A stretch of DNA of 64,000 nucleotides from Patescibacteria group bacterium (GCA_034520665.1 JAXHNJ010000002.1:416660-480659), one strand, 5' to 3'. Numbered from the stretch's first letter, positions 28,074-36,874 are shown. Notes: generated from the sequence alone by a model not told the origin. A program made the numbers and translations.

Positions 28074-29834
28074 ATGGACCAAGCTACTCAAAAACAAAAA
28101 AGCAGCGGCTACCAAGTCAGCTCCGACGAGACAAAAGAAAAGTTTGAGGAAAAAATGGATGAAATTAAACTCAAAGAAAAAGAGGAGGCGGTTAAAGCTA
28201 AAGCTGAAGAATTAAGCTTAAATTATATCAATTTAGTGGGTTTTCCGATTGGACCAGAAACTCTTTCTATTATTTCTAAAGAAGAGGCTTTAAAATGTAA
28301 GACGGTCTGTTTTCTTAAATCAGGCAAAGAGATACGTTTAGGCTGCTTAAAGCCCAATACACCCGAAACCAAAGAATTAATCAAAAAGATAAGAGAAAAA
28401 TACCAGTCTCATATTGGACTTTATTTGATTTCTGAGCATAGTTTTAAGGAAGCCATCAAGCTTTATGATCGTTTGCCCAAAATTAAAAAAGAGGTAAAAG
28501 GAGTAGAAATAGCCCAGGAAGCAATTGAAAAATTTAAAAGAGAAAAGGTTGACTTTAACGAAATAGCCAAAAAAATTCATGAGGTATCCTTAACTGAAAC
28601 TTTAAACCTACTTATTGCCGGAGCTATTAACTCCAAGGCTTCCGATCTTCATATTGAAGCGGAAGAGGGTGGTATCAAGGTACGCTATCGCATAGACGGT
28701 GTACTTCATACAGTAGCCGAATTGCCTAAAGACATCTGGAAACGCATTATTAGTCGTATAAAGCTACTCTCTGGTATGAAAATAAATATCACTAACGCTC
28801 CCCAGGACGGCCGCATAAATTTGATACTAGAGGATGGTAAAATTGATGTTCGTGTTTCTACTATTCCCACTTCCTTTGGTGAAAGTGTGGTGATGCGTCT
28901 TTTAATGCAGGGAGCCGAAAATTTAACTTTTGATCAGCTGGGACTGCGTGGTAAAGCCTTTGAACAGCTGGAAAAAGAAATTACCCGGCCTAATGGTATG
29001 GTGATTACTTCCGGTCCGACTGGCAGTGGCAAAACCACAGCTTTATACGCTATATTGAATAAACTTAATAGCTCTGAGACTAAAACTATTACCTTAGAAG
29101 ATCCGGTTGAGTATCAATTGCCAGGTATTAGTCAGAGCCAGGTTGAACACGAAGAAGATGAACAACAAGAGCAGGTAGTTACTAAAGGCGGGCAGACTAC
29201 CGTAAAAAGGGGCCGTAAACGCTATACTTATGCTAATGGTTTGAAATCCATTCTGCGCCAGGATCCGGATATAGTTATGGTGGGGGAGATTAGAGATTTA
29301 GAAACCGCTGAAATTTCTATTCAAGCGGCTTTGACTGGTCACTTGCTTTTAACCACCATTCACTCTAATGACGCCGCCGGTGTAATCCCCCGCTTTTTAG
29401 CTATGGGCACCAAACCCTTTCTTTTGGCGCCGGCCTTAAACGCTATTATGGCCCAGCGCTTAGTGAGAAAAATTTGCCCCAAATGCAAAACAGAAGATCA
29501 TCTTGACGATGAAACGCGTGAAAAAGTAAAGAAAGTATTATCTGAAATTCCAGAAAGTTTCGGCAAAAAGCCAAATTTAGATAATATAAAATTTTACCGC
29601 GGTGAAGGCTGTGAAGAATGTGGTCAAAGTGGCTTTCAAGGCCGGATTGGTATTTTTGAAATATTTATTATGAACGCTGAAATTGAAAAAATTATATTAT
29701 CCGGTAAAGTTTCTGAATATGAAATGAAAGACGTGGCTGTAAAAAACGGCATGGTCACTATGGTCCAGGACGGGCTTTTAAAGGCTTTAGACGGTATAAC
29801 TTCAGTTTCCGAAGTCTTTAGAGTGGCCGAATAA
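28074..29834 (+). CDS. pilB: Type IV pilus / type II secretion assembly ATPase (PilB/GspE family).
   Basis: Walker A VITSGPTGSGKTT, Asp box ILRQDPDIVMVGEIRD, His box and C-terminal tetracysteine motif CPKC...CEEC. An unusual acidic/basic insert (HEEDEQQEQVVTKGGQTTVKRGRKRYTY) lies between the Walker A and Asp boxes. Confidence 0.85.
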   Translation: MDQATQKQKSSGYQVSSDETKEKFEEKMDEIKLKEKEEAVKAKAEELSLNYINLVGFPIGPETLSIISKEEALKCKTVCFLKSGKEIRLGCLKPNTPETKELIKKIREKYQSHIGLYLISEHSFKEAIKLYDRLPKIKKEVKGVEIAQEAIEKFKREKVDFNEIAKKIHEVSLTETLNLLIAGAINSKASDLHIEAEEGGIKVRYRIDGVLHTVAELPKDIWKRIISRIKLLSGMKINITNAPQDGRINLILEDGKIDVRVSTIPTSFGESVVMRLLMQGAENLTFDQLGLRGKAFEQLEKEITRPNGMVITSGPTGSGKTTALYAILNKLNSSETKTITLEDPVEYQLPGISQSQVEHEEDEQQEQVVTKGGQTTVKRGRKRYTYANGLKSILRQDPDIVMVGEIRDLETAEISIQAALTGHLLLTTIHSNDAAGVIPRFLAMGTKPFLLAPALNAIMAQRLVRKICPKCKTEDHLDDETREKVKKVLSEIPESFGKKPNLDNIKFYRGEGCEECGQSGFQGRIGIFEIFIMNAEIEKIILSGKVSEYEMKDVAVKNGMVTMVQDGLLKALDGITSVSEVFRVAE

Positions 29835-29900
29835 TTTTTTATTATAATCAATGACCACTTATAAATTTATTATCCTATTTTAGGTGGTTTTTTTAGTAAA

Positions 29901-30437
29901 ATGTTAAAAAGCAAAGAAAATTTTCAGGAGATATACCAAGAGTATTATAAGAAAGTATATAATTATTTTTATTATCGTACTGGATTAAACGGTCAGATCT
30001 CAGAAGACTTAATGCAAGAAACTTTTCTTAAAGCTTATAATAAATGGTCAGAATATCAAGATCGCGGGTACTCTTATTTGACTTATTTATTGAAAATAGC
30101 CCATAATCTTTTAGTCAATTACTACCGTGATTTAAGACCGACTGGTCAGCTTCAGGAAATCCCCTTTAATTTTATAGAAAAGCTACAAAATGATTATGAT
30201 ATTAAAATACTCTGGCAGGAAATTAAAAAGTTGTCTTTGATTGAAAAGGAAGTTATGCTTTTGAGATACAGGTCAGAACTTCCGATAAAAAAAATTGCCC
30301 AAATATGCCATAAGTCAGAAAATGCCGTCAAATTGATCATCTCAAGAGCGAAAAAGAAATTAAAGCAAAAAAATCTAGAAAAATTTTCAAAATTACCCCA
30401 AGTAGATAAAATTAAAACCAAGATAAATTTTAAATGA
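29901..30437 (+). CDS. ECF-type RNA polymerase sigma factor (sigma-70 family).
   Basis: Region 2 has LMQETFLKAYNKW...YRDLRP. Region 4 HTH has LLRYRSELPIKKIAQICHKSENAVKLIISRAKKKLK. Confidence 0.8.
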   Translation: MLKSKENFQEIYQEYYKKVYNYFYYRTGLNGQISEDLMQETFLKAYNKWSEYQDRGYSYLTYLLKIAHNLLVNYYRDLRPTGQLQEIPFNFIEKLQNDYDIKILWQEIKKLSLIEKEVMLLRYRSELPIKKIAQICHKSENAVKLIISRAKKKLKQKNLEKFSKLPQVDKIKTKINFK

Positions 30438-30638
30438 CACCTTTTCTTGTTTTTGGTGTTTTATTATTTGAGGGATGAAAAAGCGCCAATAAGGTTTTTT
30501 TATTCTCTGCTTTATTTAGCCTTCTAATCCCTCTTTTAGGGAGTAGACGTCGGCTCCCAATTTAATAAAAAGTATTCTAGAAAAGAAAAAAAATGGCAAA
30601 GAAAAAAGGTGGAAAGAAATAGACTCTTTTCATAAGTA

Positions 30639-30670
30639 AAAAGGCGCCTCTCTTAAGAGAGGCGCCTTTG
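30639..30670. terminator. Strong bidirectional terminator between the sigma-factor gene (+) and valS (-).
   Basis: Perfect 13-bp-stem palindrome AAAGGCGCCTCTC-TTAA-GAGAGGCGCCTTT flanked by A-run and T-run sequence. Confidence 0.65.
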
Positions 30671-30680
30671 CTATATTGAT

Positions 30681-33368
30681 TTATTTGATTTTCAGTTTAG
30701 AGCGGCTAAGCCATTCAATTACTTTCTTGTTTTTAGATAGTAAGATATTTTTTTTCTTTTTAACTACAAACTCATCAGAGGGCTTTAAGTCTTTTTCTTT
30801 TTTCTTATTTCTAATATTATTAACTAGATTTTGTATTTTTTGAAAATCCTGAACCGATTTTTTATTAATTAATTTAGTCTCGACTTTGGGCCACTTGGTA
30901 ATCATGAGCATTTTCTTTGGATTTAACTTTTGCCAAACCTCTTCAGTAATAAAGGGAATAAACGGATGCCAGAGTTTCAAAATTTCTTCAAGTACATAAT
31001 AAGTAATGGCATGATTTTTTTCTAGCTTGGAAATTTCCAAATACCAATCAGCAAATTTATGCCAGGTAAATTCATAAAGTTTTTCGGTGGCTTGAGAAAA
31101 ATGAAATTTTTCAAAATCCTCATCTACTTCCTTAATTAAAGTATTTAGCTCGGAAAGAATCCATTGATCAGTTAAGCTTTTAGCCTTTATTTTTGTTTTT
31201 GGCCGTTTATTCATAAAGGTAAAACGGGCGATATTCCAGAGTTTATTGCAAAAATTTCTAGCCCCGGCAATTTTTTGCTCATACATTTTCATATCTTGCC
31301 CAGGGGTCGTGCCTAAAATAAGGCTAAGGCGGATAGCGTCGGTGCCGTATTTTTCTGTCATGAGCAGAGGGTCAACCCCAGTGCCTTTAGATTTAGACAT
31401 TTTCTTACCCTGTTTATCCAAGATTAAGCCATGCAGATAAACCGTTTTAAAGGGGATTTCTTTGAGATGATAAAGGCTCATCATAATCATGCGGGCTACC
31501 CAAAAGAAAAGAATATCCCAGCCGGTTTCCATGACGTCGGTCGGATGAAACTTAGCTAAATCGTTTTTTTTTGTTGGCTGGTCGGCCGTAGTTTTAGCAA
31601 AGGCGGGCCAACCGAGAGTGGAAAAGGTCCAGAGCGAGGAAGAAAACCAGGTATCCAGAGTATCTGGATCCTGTTTTAAATCAGTAGAACCGCAATAAGG
31701 ACATTTCTTTGGCTTTTTAATAGAGGCCATAACCTGAGCGCAACCCTTTTCTTCTAAAGGATAGAATTTATAAGTGTAAATATAAGTTTTAGTGCCGGGG
31801 CTAACTTTTTTCTTAGAGTAATGTTTTTTAAAAGCTTTAATAAGTTGCTTTACACTCTCGTAGGTAGTGTGATGCTCTTTATCTTTAAGGTCTATGTCAG
31901 AAATTTTCTTTTCTTCAATATTAATAATCACGCCCTGGCCAAATATTTTTTTGGTCTGAGAATTTTCAAAGACAAATTTTTCTCCGATTTTCAAGTCATG
32001 TTTTCTCAGGCGGTAGGTTTTAGTTTTACCTTTTTTGACTGGGGATACAACCTTAGAAGCAAAGCCCATTCTTTTTTCGTGAGCTAAGTTTTTATCCCCG
32101 CAATACCAAACCGGAATTTGATGGCCCCACCAAAGCTGGCGAGAAATGCACCAATCTCTAATGTTTTTTAGAAAGTGAAAATAAACTTTTTTAAAACGCG
32201 CCGGAATAATTTTTACCTTTTCTTTTTTAACTACCTCAAGGGCTTCTTTAGCCAGATTATCCATTTTAATAAACCATTGCTTAGTGGCTATCGGCTCAAT
32301 TACGGCTTGACAGCGCTGGCAATAGGCCATGGATTTTTGGTAATCTTCAGTTTTATAGAGAAAGCCGTGCTGTTTTAATTTAGCTAAAACTTTATGGCGA
32401 GCTTCCTTTACTTTAAGCCCAAAAAAACCTTCAGTAGCTTGTTTAGTCATGCGTCCGTCCAGGCCAATGACTCTAATTATGGACAAATCACTTCGTTTAG
32501 CAATCTGAAAATCCAAATCATCATGAGCCGGAGTAACCTTAACGGCGCCGGTGCCAAATTCCTGATCCACATTTTTATCAGCCACGATAGGCACTTGTCG
32601 GTTTATTAGAGGAATTAATACTTTTTTACCGACTAATTTTTTATAACGCTTATCATGGGGGTTAACCGCCACAGCTGTATCGCCGAGCATAGTCTCGGGC
32701 CGGGTGGTGGCTACTTTTATAAACTGGCAAGAGGTGCCGACAATCGGATATTTTATATACCAGAGCTGGCTTTCCTTTTCTTTATAATTTACTTCTAGAT
32801 TGGAAAGAGCGGTCTGGCAACGGGGACACCAGTTAGTAATGCGTAAATCGCGGTAAATAAGTCTGTCATTAAACATCTCTATAAAAGCGGTTTGTACGGC
32901 CTGAGTTAAGTCTTTATCCATAGTAAAGTGCTGCCTAGACCAGTCGCAGGAAGCGCCCATGCTTTTGTATTGCTCTAAAATTTTTCCGCCATATTTTTCT
33001 TTCCAGCTCCAGACATGCTCTAAAAATTTTTTCCGGCCAATCTGATGGCGGTTAATGCCCTCTTTTTTTAATAATCTCTCGACCATCACTTGAGTAGAGA
33101 TACCAGCGTGATCAGTACCCGGCAACCAAAGAGTTTTTTCCTGTTTCAGGCGGTGATAGCGGGTTATAATATCCTGCAGGGTTAAATACCGAGCATGACC
33201 AATATGAAGATCACCAGTGACATTAGCCGGCGGCATAGCCATAGAAAATCTTTTTTTGGTTTTAAAAGGCAGTTTATCCGGATTAAAAAAACCGCTCTTT
33301 TGCCATAGCTTGTAGATATTTTTTTCTGTTAATTTGGCGTCGTAGACCTTAGGGAGTTCTTTTGACAT
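30681..33368 (-). CDS. valS: Valyl-tRNA synthetase.
   Basis: PPANVTGDLHIGHA (HIGH motif), KMSKSKGT (KMSKS motif) and editing domain GTGAVKVTPAHD. A lineage-specific insert lies around SPVKKGKTKTYRLRKHDLKIGEKFVFE. Confidence 0.9.
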   Translation of the reverse strand: MSKELPKVYDAKLTEKNIYKLWQKSGFFNPDKLPFKTKKRFSMAMPPANVTGDLHIGHARYLTLQDIITRYHRLKQEKTLWLPGTDHAGISTQVMVERLLKKEGINRHQIGRKKFLEHVWSWKEKYGGKILEQYKSMGASCDWSRQHFTMDKDLTQAVQTAFIEMFNDRLIYRDLRITNWCPRCQTALSNLEVNYKEKESQLWYIKYPIVGTSCQFIKVATTRPETMLGDTAVAVNPHDKRYKKLVGKKVLIPLINRQVPIVADKNVDQEFGTGAVKVTPAHDDLDFQIAKRSDLSIIRVIGLDGRMTKQATEGFFGLKVKEARHKVLAKLKQHGFLYKTEDYQKSMAYCQRCQAVIEPIATKQWFIKMDNLAKEALEVVKKEKVKIIPARFKKVYFHFLKNIRDWCISRQLWWGHQIPVWYCGDKNLAHEKRMGFASKVVSPVKKGKTKTYRLRKHDLKIGEKFVFENSQTKKIFGQGVIINIEEKKISDIDLKDKEHHTTYESVKQLIKAFKKHYSKKKVSPGTKTYIYTYKFYPLEEKGCAQVMASIKKPKKCPYCGSTDLKQDPDTLDTWFSSSLWTFSTLGWPAFAKTTADQPTKKNDLAKFHPTDVMETGWDILFFWVARMIMMSLYHLKEIPFKTVYLHGLILDKQGKKMSKSKGTGVDPLLMTEKYGTDAIRLSLILGTTPGQDMKMYEQKIAGARNFCNKLWNIARFTFMNKRPKTKIKAKSLTDQWILSELNTLIKEVDEDFEKFHFSQATEKLYEFTWHKFADWYLEISKLEKNHAITYYVLEEILKLWHPFIPFITEEVWQKLNPKKMLMITKWPKVETKLINKKSVQDFQKIQNLVNNIRNKKKEKDLKPSDEFVVKKKKNILLSKNKKVIEWLSRSKLKIK

Positions 33369-33560
33369 ATTTATTTTATCGTTTTAGGTGATACGGTGTC
33401 GATACCCCCGCCATAGGCGGGCAGGCGTATTATTTTGCGTCTGACGTGGTATGGTCCGTATAACGAAAACTGTATGAGGTTACGGGCGTTGAAACCGTAA
33501 AACGTATTACTATTAGTTAAAGTTTACCTTTTTTCAGGCATATTTTCAACCTTTAGTTAT
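33369..33560 (-). promoter_or_regulatory. GC-rich structured 5' leader of valS (candidate cis-regulatory RNA; type unresolved).
   Basis: About 120 nt at roughly 50% GC in a roughly 30% GC genome. Several hairpins are present (CCCGCC-tatg-GCGGG; TACGG-gcgttgaaa-CCGTA). It lies directly upstream of the valS ATG at 33368. Confidence 0.3.
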
Positions 33561-33633
33561 TCGTATTTAGATAAAATTGACTTATTAGTCTTAAAAGACT
33601 AAAATTAATTAGAGACAATTAATAAAAAATTAT

Positions 33634-34335
33634 ATGATGGAAAATCAAGAAAAAAACTTACCAGGAGGGGAATTTGATGAAGACGGAAATCTTATTGAAA
33701 GAGAGAATATTAAAAAAGAAGCCTTTGAGGAGGAAGACCAGGGCGGATTTTTAATTGAGGGTGAAAGAAAAATTGATCAGGAAACTGGCCACATAATTCA
33801 TGAACATAAGGTAGCCTATGAAAGCGAAGAAGATAAAAAAGAAGGTAAAATTAAATGGGGTAATGAAAACGATTATAGCTTTGATGAAAAAGGCCGAGTG
33901 GTATTTAGCCGTAAGCAAGGCTTTAGTGATCAGGAAAAGTTTAAAGAAGAAGGAGAAATTGACTGGGGCCAGGAAAGAGAATATGAGTATGATGATGATA
34001 GCCACAAAATTATTGAGCAGGGTAATAACTTGGAAAATGATACCGCCTGGAAGATTGAAACCCAGCTTGATAATCAGGGTCGTAAAAAATTAACTATTCA
34101 CGAAACCACCAGTGGTCCGGAAAAGGGCCGAAAACTAGAAACCAAATATTCTTATGAAAAAGGTAAAATTGAACATGACGGTCAAGAATACGAGGGAATG
34201 ATCAGAACTGAAGACGGTCGGGTTTTAGAACAAGGTGATGATGACACAAAAAAAGCCAAGGGTGAAACCTGGCAGAAAATTGTAGTTTTTGATGAAGAAG
34301 ATAATTACTTAGCGCACTGGCGGACTAAAGAATAA
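33634..34335 (+). CDS. Hypothetical acidic protein with about five degenerate 25-30-aa W/E/D-rich repeats.
   Basis: Repeats GKIKWGNENDYSFDEKGRVV, GEIDWGQEREYEYDDDSHKI, WKIETQLDNQGRKKL, GKIEHDGQEYEGMIRTEDGRVL and GETWQKIVVFDEEDNYLAHW. No signal peptide. No family recognised. Confidence 0.4.
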   Translation: MMENQEKNLPGGEFDEDGNLIERENIKKEAFEEEDQGGFLIEGERKIDQETGHIIHEHKVAYESEEDKKEGKIKWGNENDYSFDEKGRVVFSRKQGFSDQEKFKEEGEIDWGQEREYEYDDDSHKIIEQGNNLENDTAWKIETQLDNQGRKKLTIHETTSGPEKGRKLETKYSYEKGKIEHDGQEYEGMIRTEDGRVLEQGDDDTKKAKGETWQKIVVFDEEDNYLAHWRTKE

Positions 34336-34355
34336 ATAGCAGTTAAAAAATTAAT

Positions 34356-35405
34356 TTACTTAAGCTCCCAGTTGGGATCAGCTTTGATTTTTTCTATTTT
34401 GGTAAAGTTTTTTTTCTGAGCCTGAAACCAACCAGCCAGGGCGATCATAGCCGCGTTATCAGTACAAAATTTTAAAGGAGGTATATAGAGCTTAATATTT
34501 TTAGTTCTCTTTTTAAACTGTTTAGCCAAGGTTTGATTAGCGGCCACTCCCCCGCTTACCATAATCGTGTTTACTTTATATTCTTTAGCCGCCTTTAAGG
34601 TTTTTCCGATTAGAACATCAAAACAGGCTTTTTGAAATGAAGCAGCTAAGTCTTTTTTAAATTTTAAATTAATGTTTTTTTGGTCTTTGACCAAATATAA
34701 AACAGCTGTTTTCAAACCCGAGAAACTAAAATCATAGTTTTTTTTATCCATCATTGGGCGGGGTAAATTATATTTATCAGAATTCCCCTCTTTGGCCATT
34801 TTTTCAATAATCGGACCGCCCGGATAACCTAAGCCCAATAATTTAGCCACTTTATCAAAAGCCTCGCCAGCCGCGTCATCCAGAGTCTGGCCGATTTTTT
34901 TGTAATGATATTCATTTTTCATCAGAATAATTTCAGTATGGCCGCCGGAAATAATTAAACAAATAGCCGGGAATTTAATTTTAGGGAGTTTGAAATTTAA
35001 AACGTGTGATTTGTGATTTGCGATTTGCGAATGGCGATCTGAAGGCAGCCAGTTGGCGTAAAGGTGCCCCGCCATATGATTAACAGCCACTAAAGGCTTA
35101 TTAAGAGCAAAGGCTAGTGTTTTAGCCGTTTCTACGCCAATGATTAAGGAGGTTACAAGACCAGGCCCGGCTGTGACGGCCAGTATATCTATTTTCTTTA
35201 AATCTTTAACGGCTTCTTTAATAACGGGAATTATTTTAGTGGTATGCTCTCTGGCCGCCACTTCCGGGACTATACCGCCGGTTTTAGCGTGAAGATCAAT
35301 TTGTGAAGCCACTATGTTTGAGTGTAATTTAAAATTATTGCCTTTGGCTTCTAATAAAGCGGCCGCGGTTTCATCACATGATGTTTCTATGGCTAAAATT
35401 TTCAT
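34356..35405 (-). CDS. tsaD: tRNA N6-adenosine threonylcarbamoyltransferase TsaD (Kae1/YgjD).
   Basis: MKILAIETSCDETAAALL, HMAGHL and GGVAANQ motifs. Confidence 0.9.
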   Translation of the reverse strand: MKILAIETSCDETAAALLEAKGNNFKLHSNIVASQIDLHAKTGGIVPEVAAREHTTKIIPVIKEAVKDLKKIDILAVTAGPGLVTSLIIGVETAKTLAFALNKPLVAVNHMAGHLYANWLPSDRHSQIANHKSHVLNFKLPKIKFPAICLIISGGHTEIILMKNEYHYKKIGQTLDDAAGEAFDKVAKLLGLGYPGGPIIEKMAKEGNSDKYNLPRPMMDKKNYDFSFSGLKTAVLYLVKDQKNINLKFKKDLAASFQKACFDVLIGKTLKAAKEYKVNTIMVSGGVAANQTLAKQFKKRTKNIKLYIPPLKFCTDNAAMIALAGWFQAQKKNFTKIEKIKADPNWELK

Positions 35406-35495
35406 AGGTTTATTTTAACATATTTTAAAAAATTTTATTTATTAATTTAGTAGATGTCAGCCGCGACTGATGGCTACCGGTTAATTAAAAATTAT

Positions 35496-35524
35496 TCTTG
35501 ACATTATTTAAATATTTAGCTATT
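35496..35524 (+). promoter_or_regulatory. Sigma70-like promoter driving the tRNA-Glu array.
   Basis: TTGACA-17 nt-TATTAT (cttgacattatttaaatatttagctattat). Confidence 0.5.
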
Positions 35525-35562
35525 ATGCTATTACTTTTTGGAAAATTTAAAAAATAAATTAT

Positions 35563-35835
35563 AAAGAGGTTAAATGATCAAGGCGTGAGTCGTCTAGTTT
35601 GGTCTAGCTTTCCGGCGGTCATCCCTACGGGAGATGTCCCGAAGGAACAAAGATCACCCGTAGGGTGAGACACCAGCCTGAATTAAATTTCAATACCTCT
35701 TTGATAAAAAGGTTAAATGATTATGGCCCTGTCGTCTAGTTTGGTCTAGCCTCCCTTCGGGAGATCACCCGTCGGGTGAGACACCAGCCTGAATTAAATT
35801 TCAATACCTCTTTGATAAAAAGGTTAAATGATTAT
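35563..35835 (+). repeat. Two tandem partial copies of the tRNA-Glu leader plus 5' portion (pseudo-tRNA 5' fragments with structured inserts).
   Basis: Copy A (35582-35677) and copy B (35725-35789) each start with the tRNA acceptor 5' strand plus D-arm (GGCCCTGTCGTCTAGTTTGGTCTAG; in A it is diverged to GGCGTGAGTCG...). Both then carry a GC-rich hairpin insert, then GACACCAGCC, then the shared 46-nt tail tgaattaaatttcaatacctctttgataaaaaggttaaatgattat. Confidence 0.7.
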
Positions 35836-35910
35836 GGCCCTGTCGTCTAGTTTGGTCTAGGACACCAGGTTTTCATCCTGGCAACAGGGGTTCAAATCCC
35901 CTCGGGGTCA
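35836..35910 (+). tRNA. tRNA-Glu (anticodon UUC).
   Basis: Acceptor GGCCCUG/CGGGGUC with two G-U pairs. Anticodon stem CCAGG/CCTGG with loop TTTTCAT (UUC). T-arm AGGGG-TTCAAAT-CCCCT. Strongly resembles E. coli tRNA-Glu (TCGTCTAG...GGACACC...AACAGGGGTTCGAATCCCCT). No CCA is encoded. Confidence 0.85.
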
Positions 35911-35996
35911 TTTAACCTTTTTTGATATTAAAGGTTAATATATGGAAAAAGCGGGATTTCCTTTGATAAGTAACCCCGCTTTAAATCCCCTCTTGG

Positions 35997-36575
35997 CTAG
36001 AACCTGATAAGTTCATTGCTTATCACTCCTTCTGATTTAAGATCCGTTAACTTATTGCTTGTTCTTCTGAGTTTTATTTTTTTCCAGCGGCGAAATTTTT
36101 TGATTAACCACGGGCCCAGAAAAAGAGTCAAAGTGTAACCTTTAAGAAACTTCTTATTTTTCTTTTTCCAGCGGATGATAATTTTAGCCAAGTTACGACT
36201 GGAAAAAACAGTTAAGATATAGATCAGGTTTTCCCAAGCCTTGAAAGGAATTTTATACCTTCCCTGACTAACATAACTGGTTAGCATTAAGATGAGCATA
36301 AAAATTATCCAAACAAGAACAAAGAGATGACCTTTTTTGCGTTTTATAATTTTGCCCTTTAATCGGCCAAAGAGATTCTTAATCCAGTAAAAGAGTAAGA
36401 GCAGGCCGAATATAAGAGCCCGACTTATAAAACGCTGACCATTTATCTCAACCTTAAAAAACTGAGTAAGAACAAGAGCGAACTGGAAGAAAAACCAAGC
36501 CGCACAAACCAGATAAAGAATATCAAGTTCTCTCTTGGCTTTCTTTTTGTCGGGTGAAGCTCGTGAACGTTTCAT
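35997..36575 (-). CDS. Hypothetical membrane protein (3-4 TM) with basic termini.
   Basis: Hydrophobic helices with K/R-rich N- and C-termini. A terminator hairpin (AAAGCGGGG...CCCCGCTTT plus T-run on the minus strand) lies at about 35950-35990. Confidence 0.4.
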   Translation of the reverse strand: MKRSRASPDKKKAKRELDILYLVCAAWFFFQFALVLTQFFKVEINGQRFISRALIFGLLLLFYWIKNLFGRLKGKIIKRKKGHLFVLVWIIFMLILMLTSYVSQGRYKIPFKAWENLIYILTVFSSRNLAKIIIRWKKKNKKFLKGYTLTLFLGPWLIKKFRRWKKIKLRRTSNKLTDLKSEGVISNELIRF

Positions 36576-36874
36576 AACAATCCTCCTTTTAGGGATTTAA
36601 AAAGTGAAAAGAACTACATACTTAAAAAAACCAATACATTTTTCTAAACCACCCTCATTAAGCTATATTATCTTGTCAAAGGACAAGTTTTTGCTTTTTG
36701 GTTTTGTATTGATTAAAAACTAATTATATTCTTTTTTTAGCTCCTAAGTATATATTTTATGCCCAAGACAGTCAAGGGTATGATTAGTGCATAAAATGTG
36801 TATAAATCAATTATTTTCTTAAAATTGCCATAATAAGCAATATAGTCTATAATTAGAGCATTAAACAAAAATAT

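Noticed and set aside
28074-29834. Considered whether pilB indicates a complete type IV pilus/competence locus here.
   Set aside because: No pilC/pilM-Q/pilT or pilin genes are adjacent in the window. Only the ATPase is present, so no system-level claim is made.
33369-33560. Tried to call a canonical T-box riboswitch upstream of valS.
   Set aside because: Could not find the conserved T-box sequence (AGGGUGGNACCGCG) or a terminator U-run. Kept only as an unclassified structured-leader candidate.
35563-35910. Considered whether the tRNA-derived tandem units are a CRISPR array.
   Set aside because: The repeated part is a tRNA 5' fragment plus shared leader. The unit spacing (140 and 120 nt) and inserts are unlike repeat-spacer architecture. 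No cas genes or leader are present, and the last unit is a functional tRNA.
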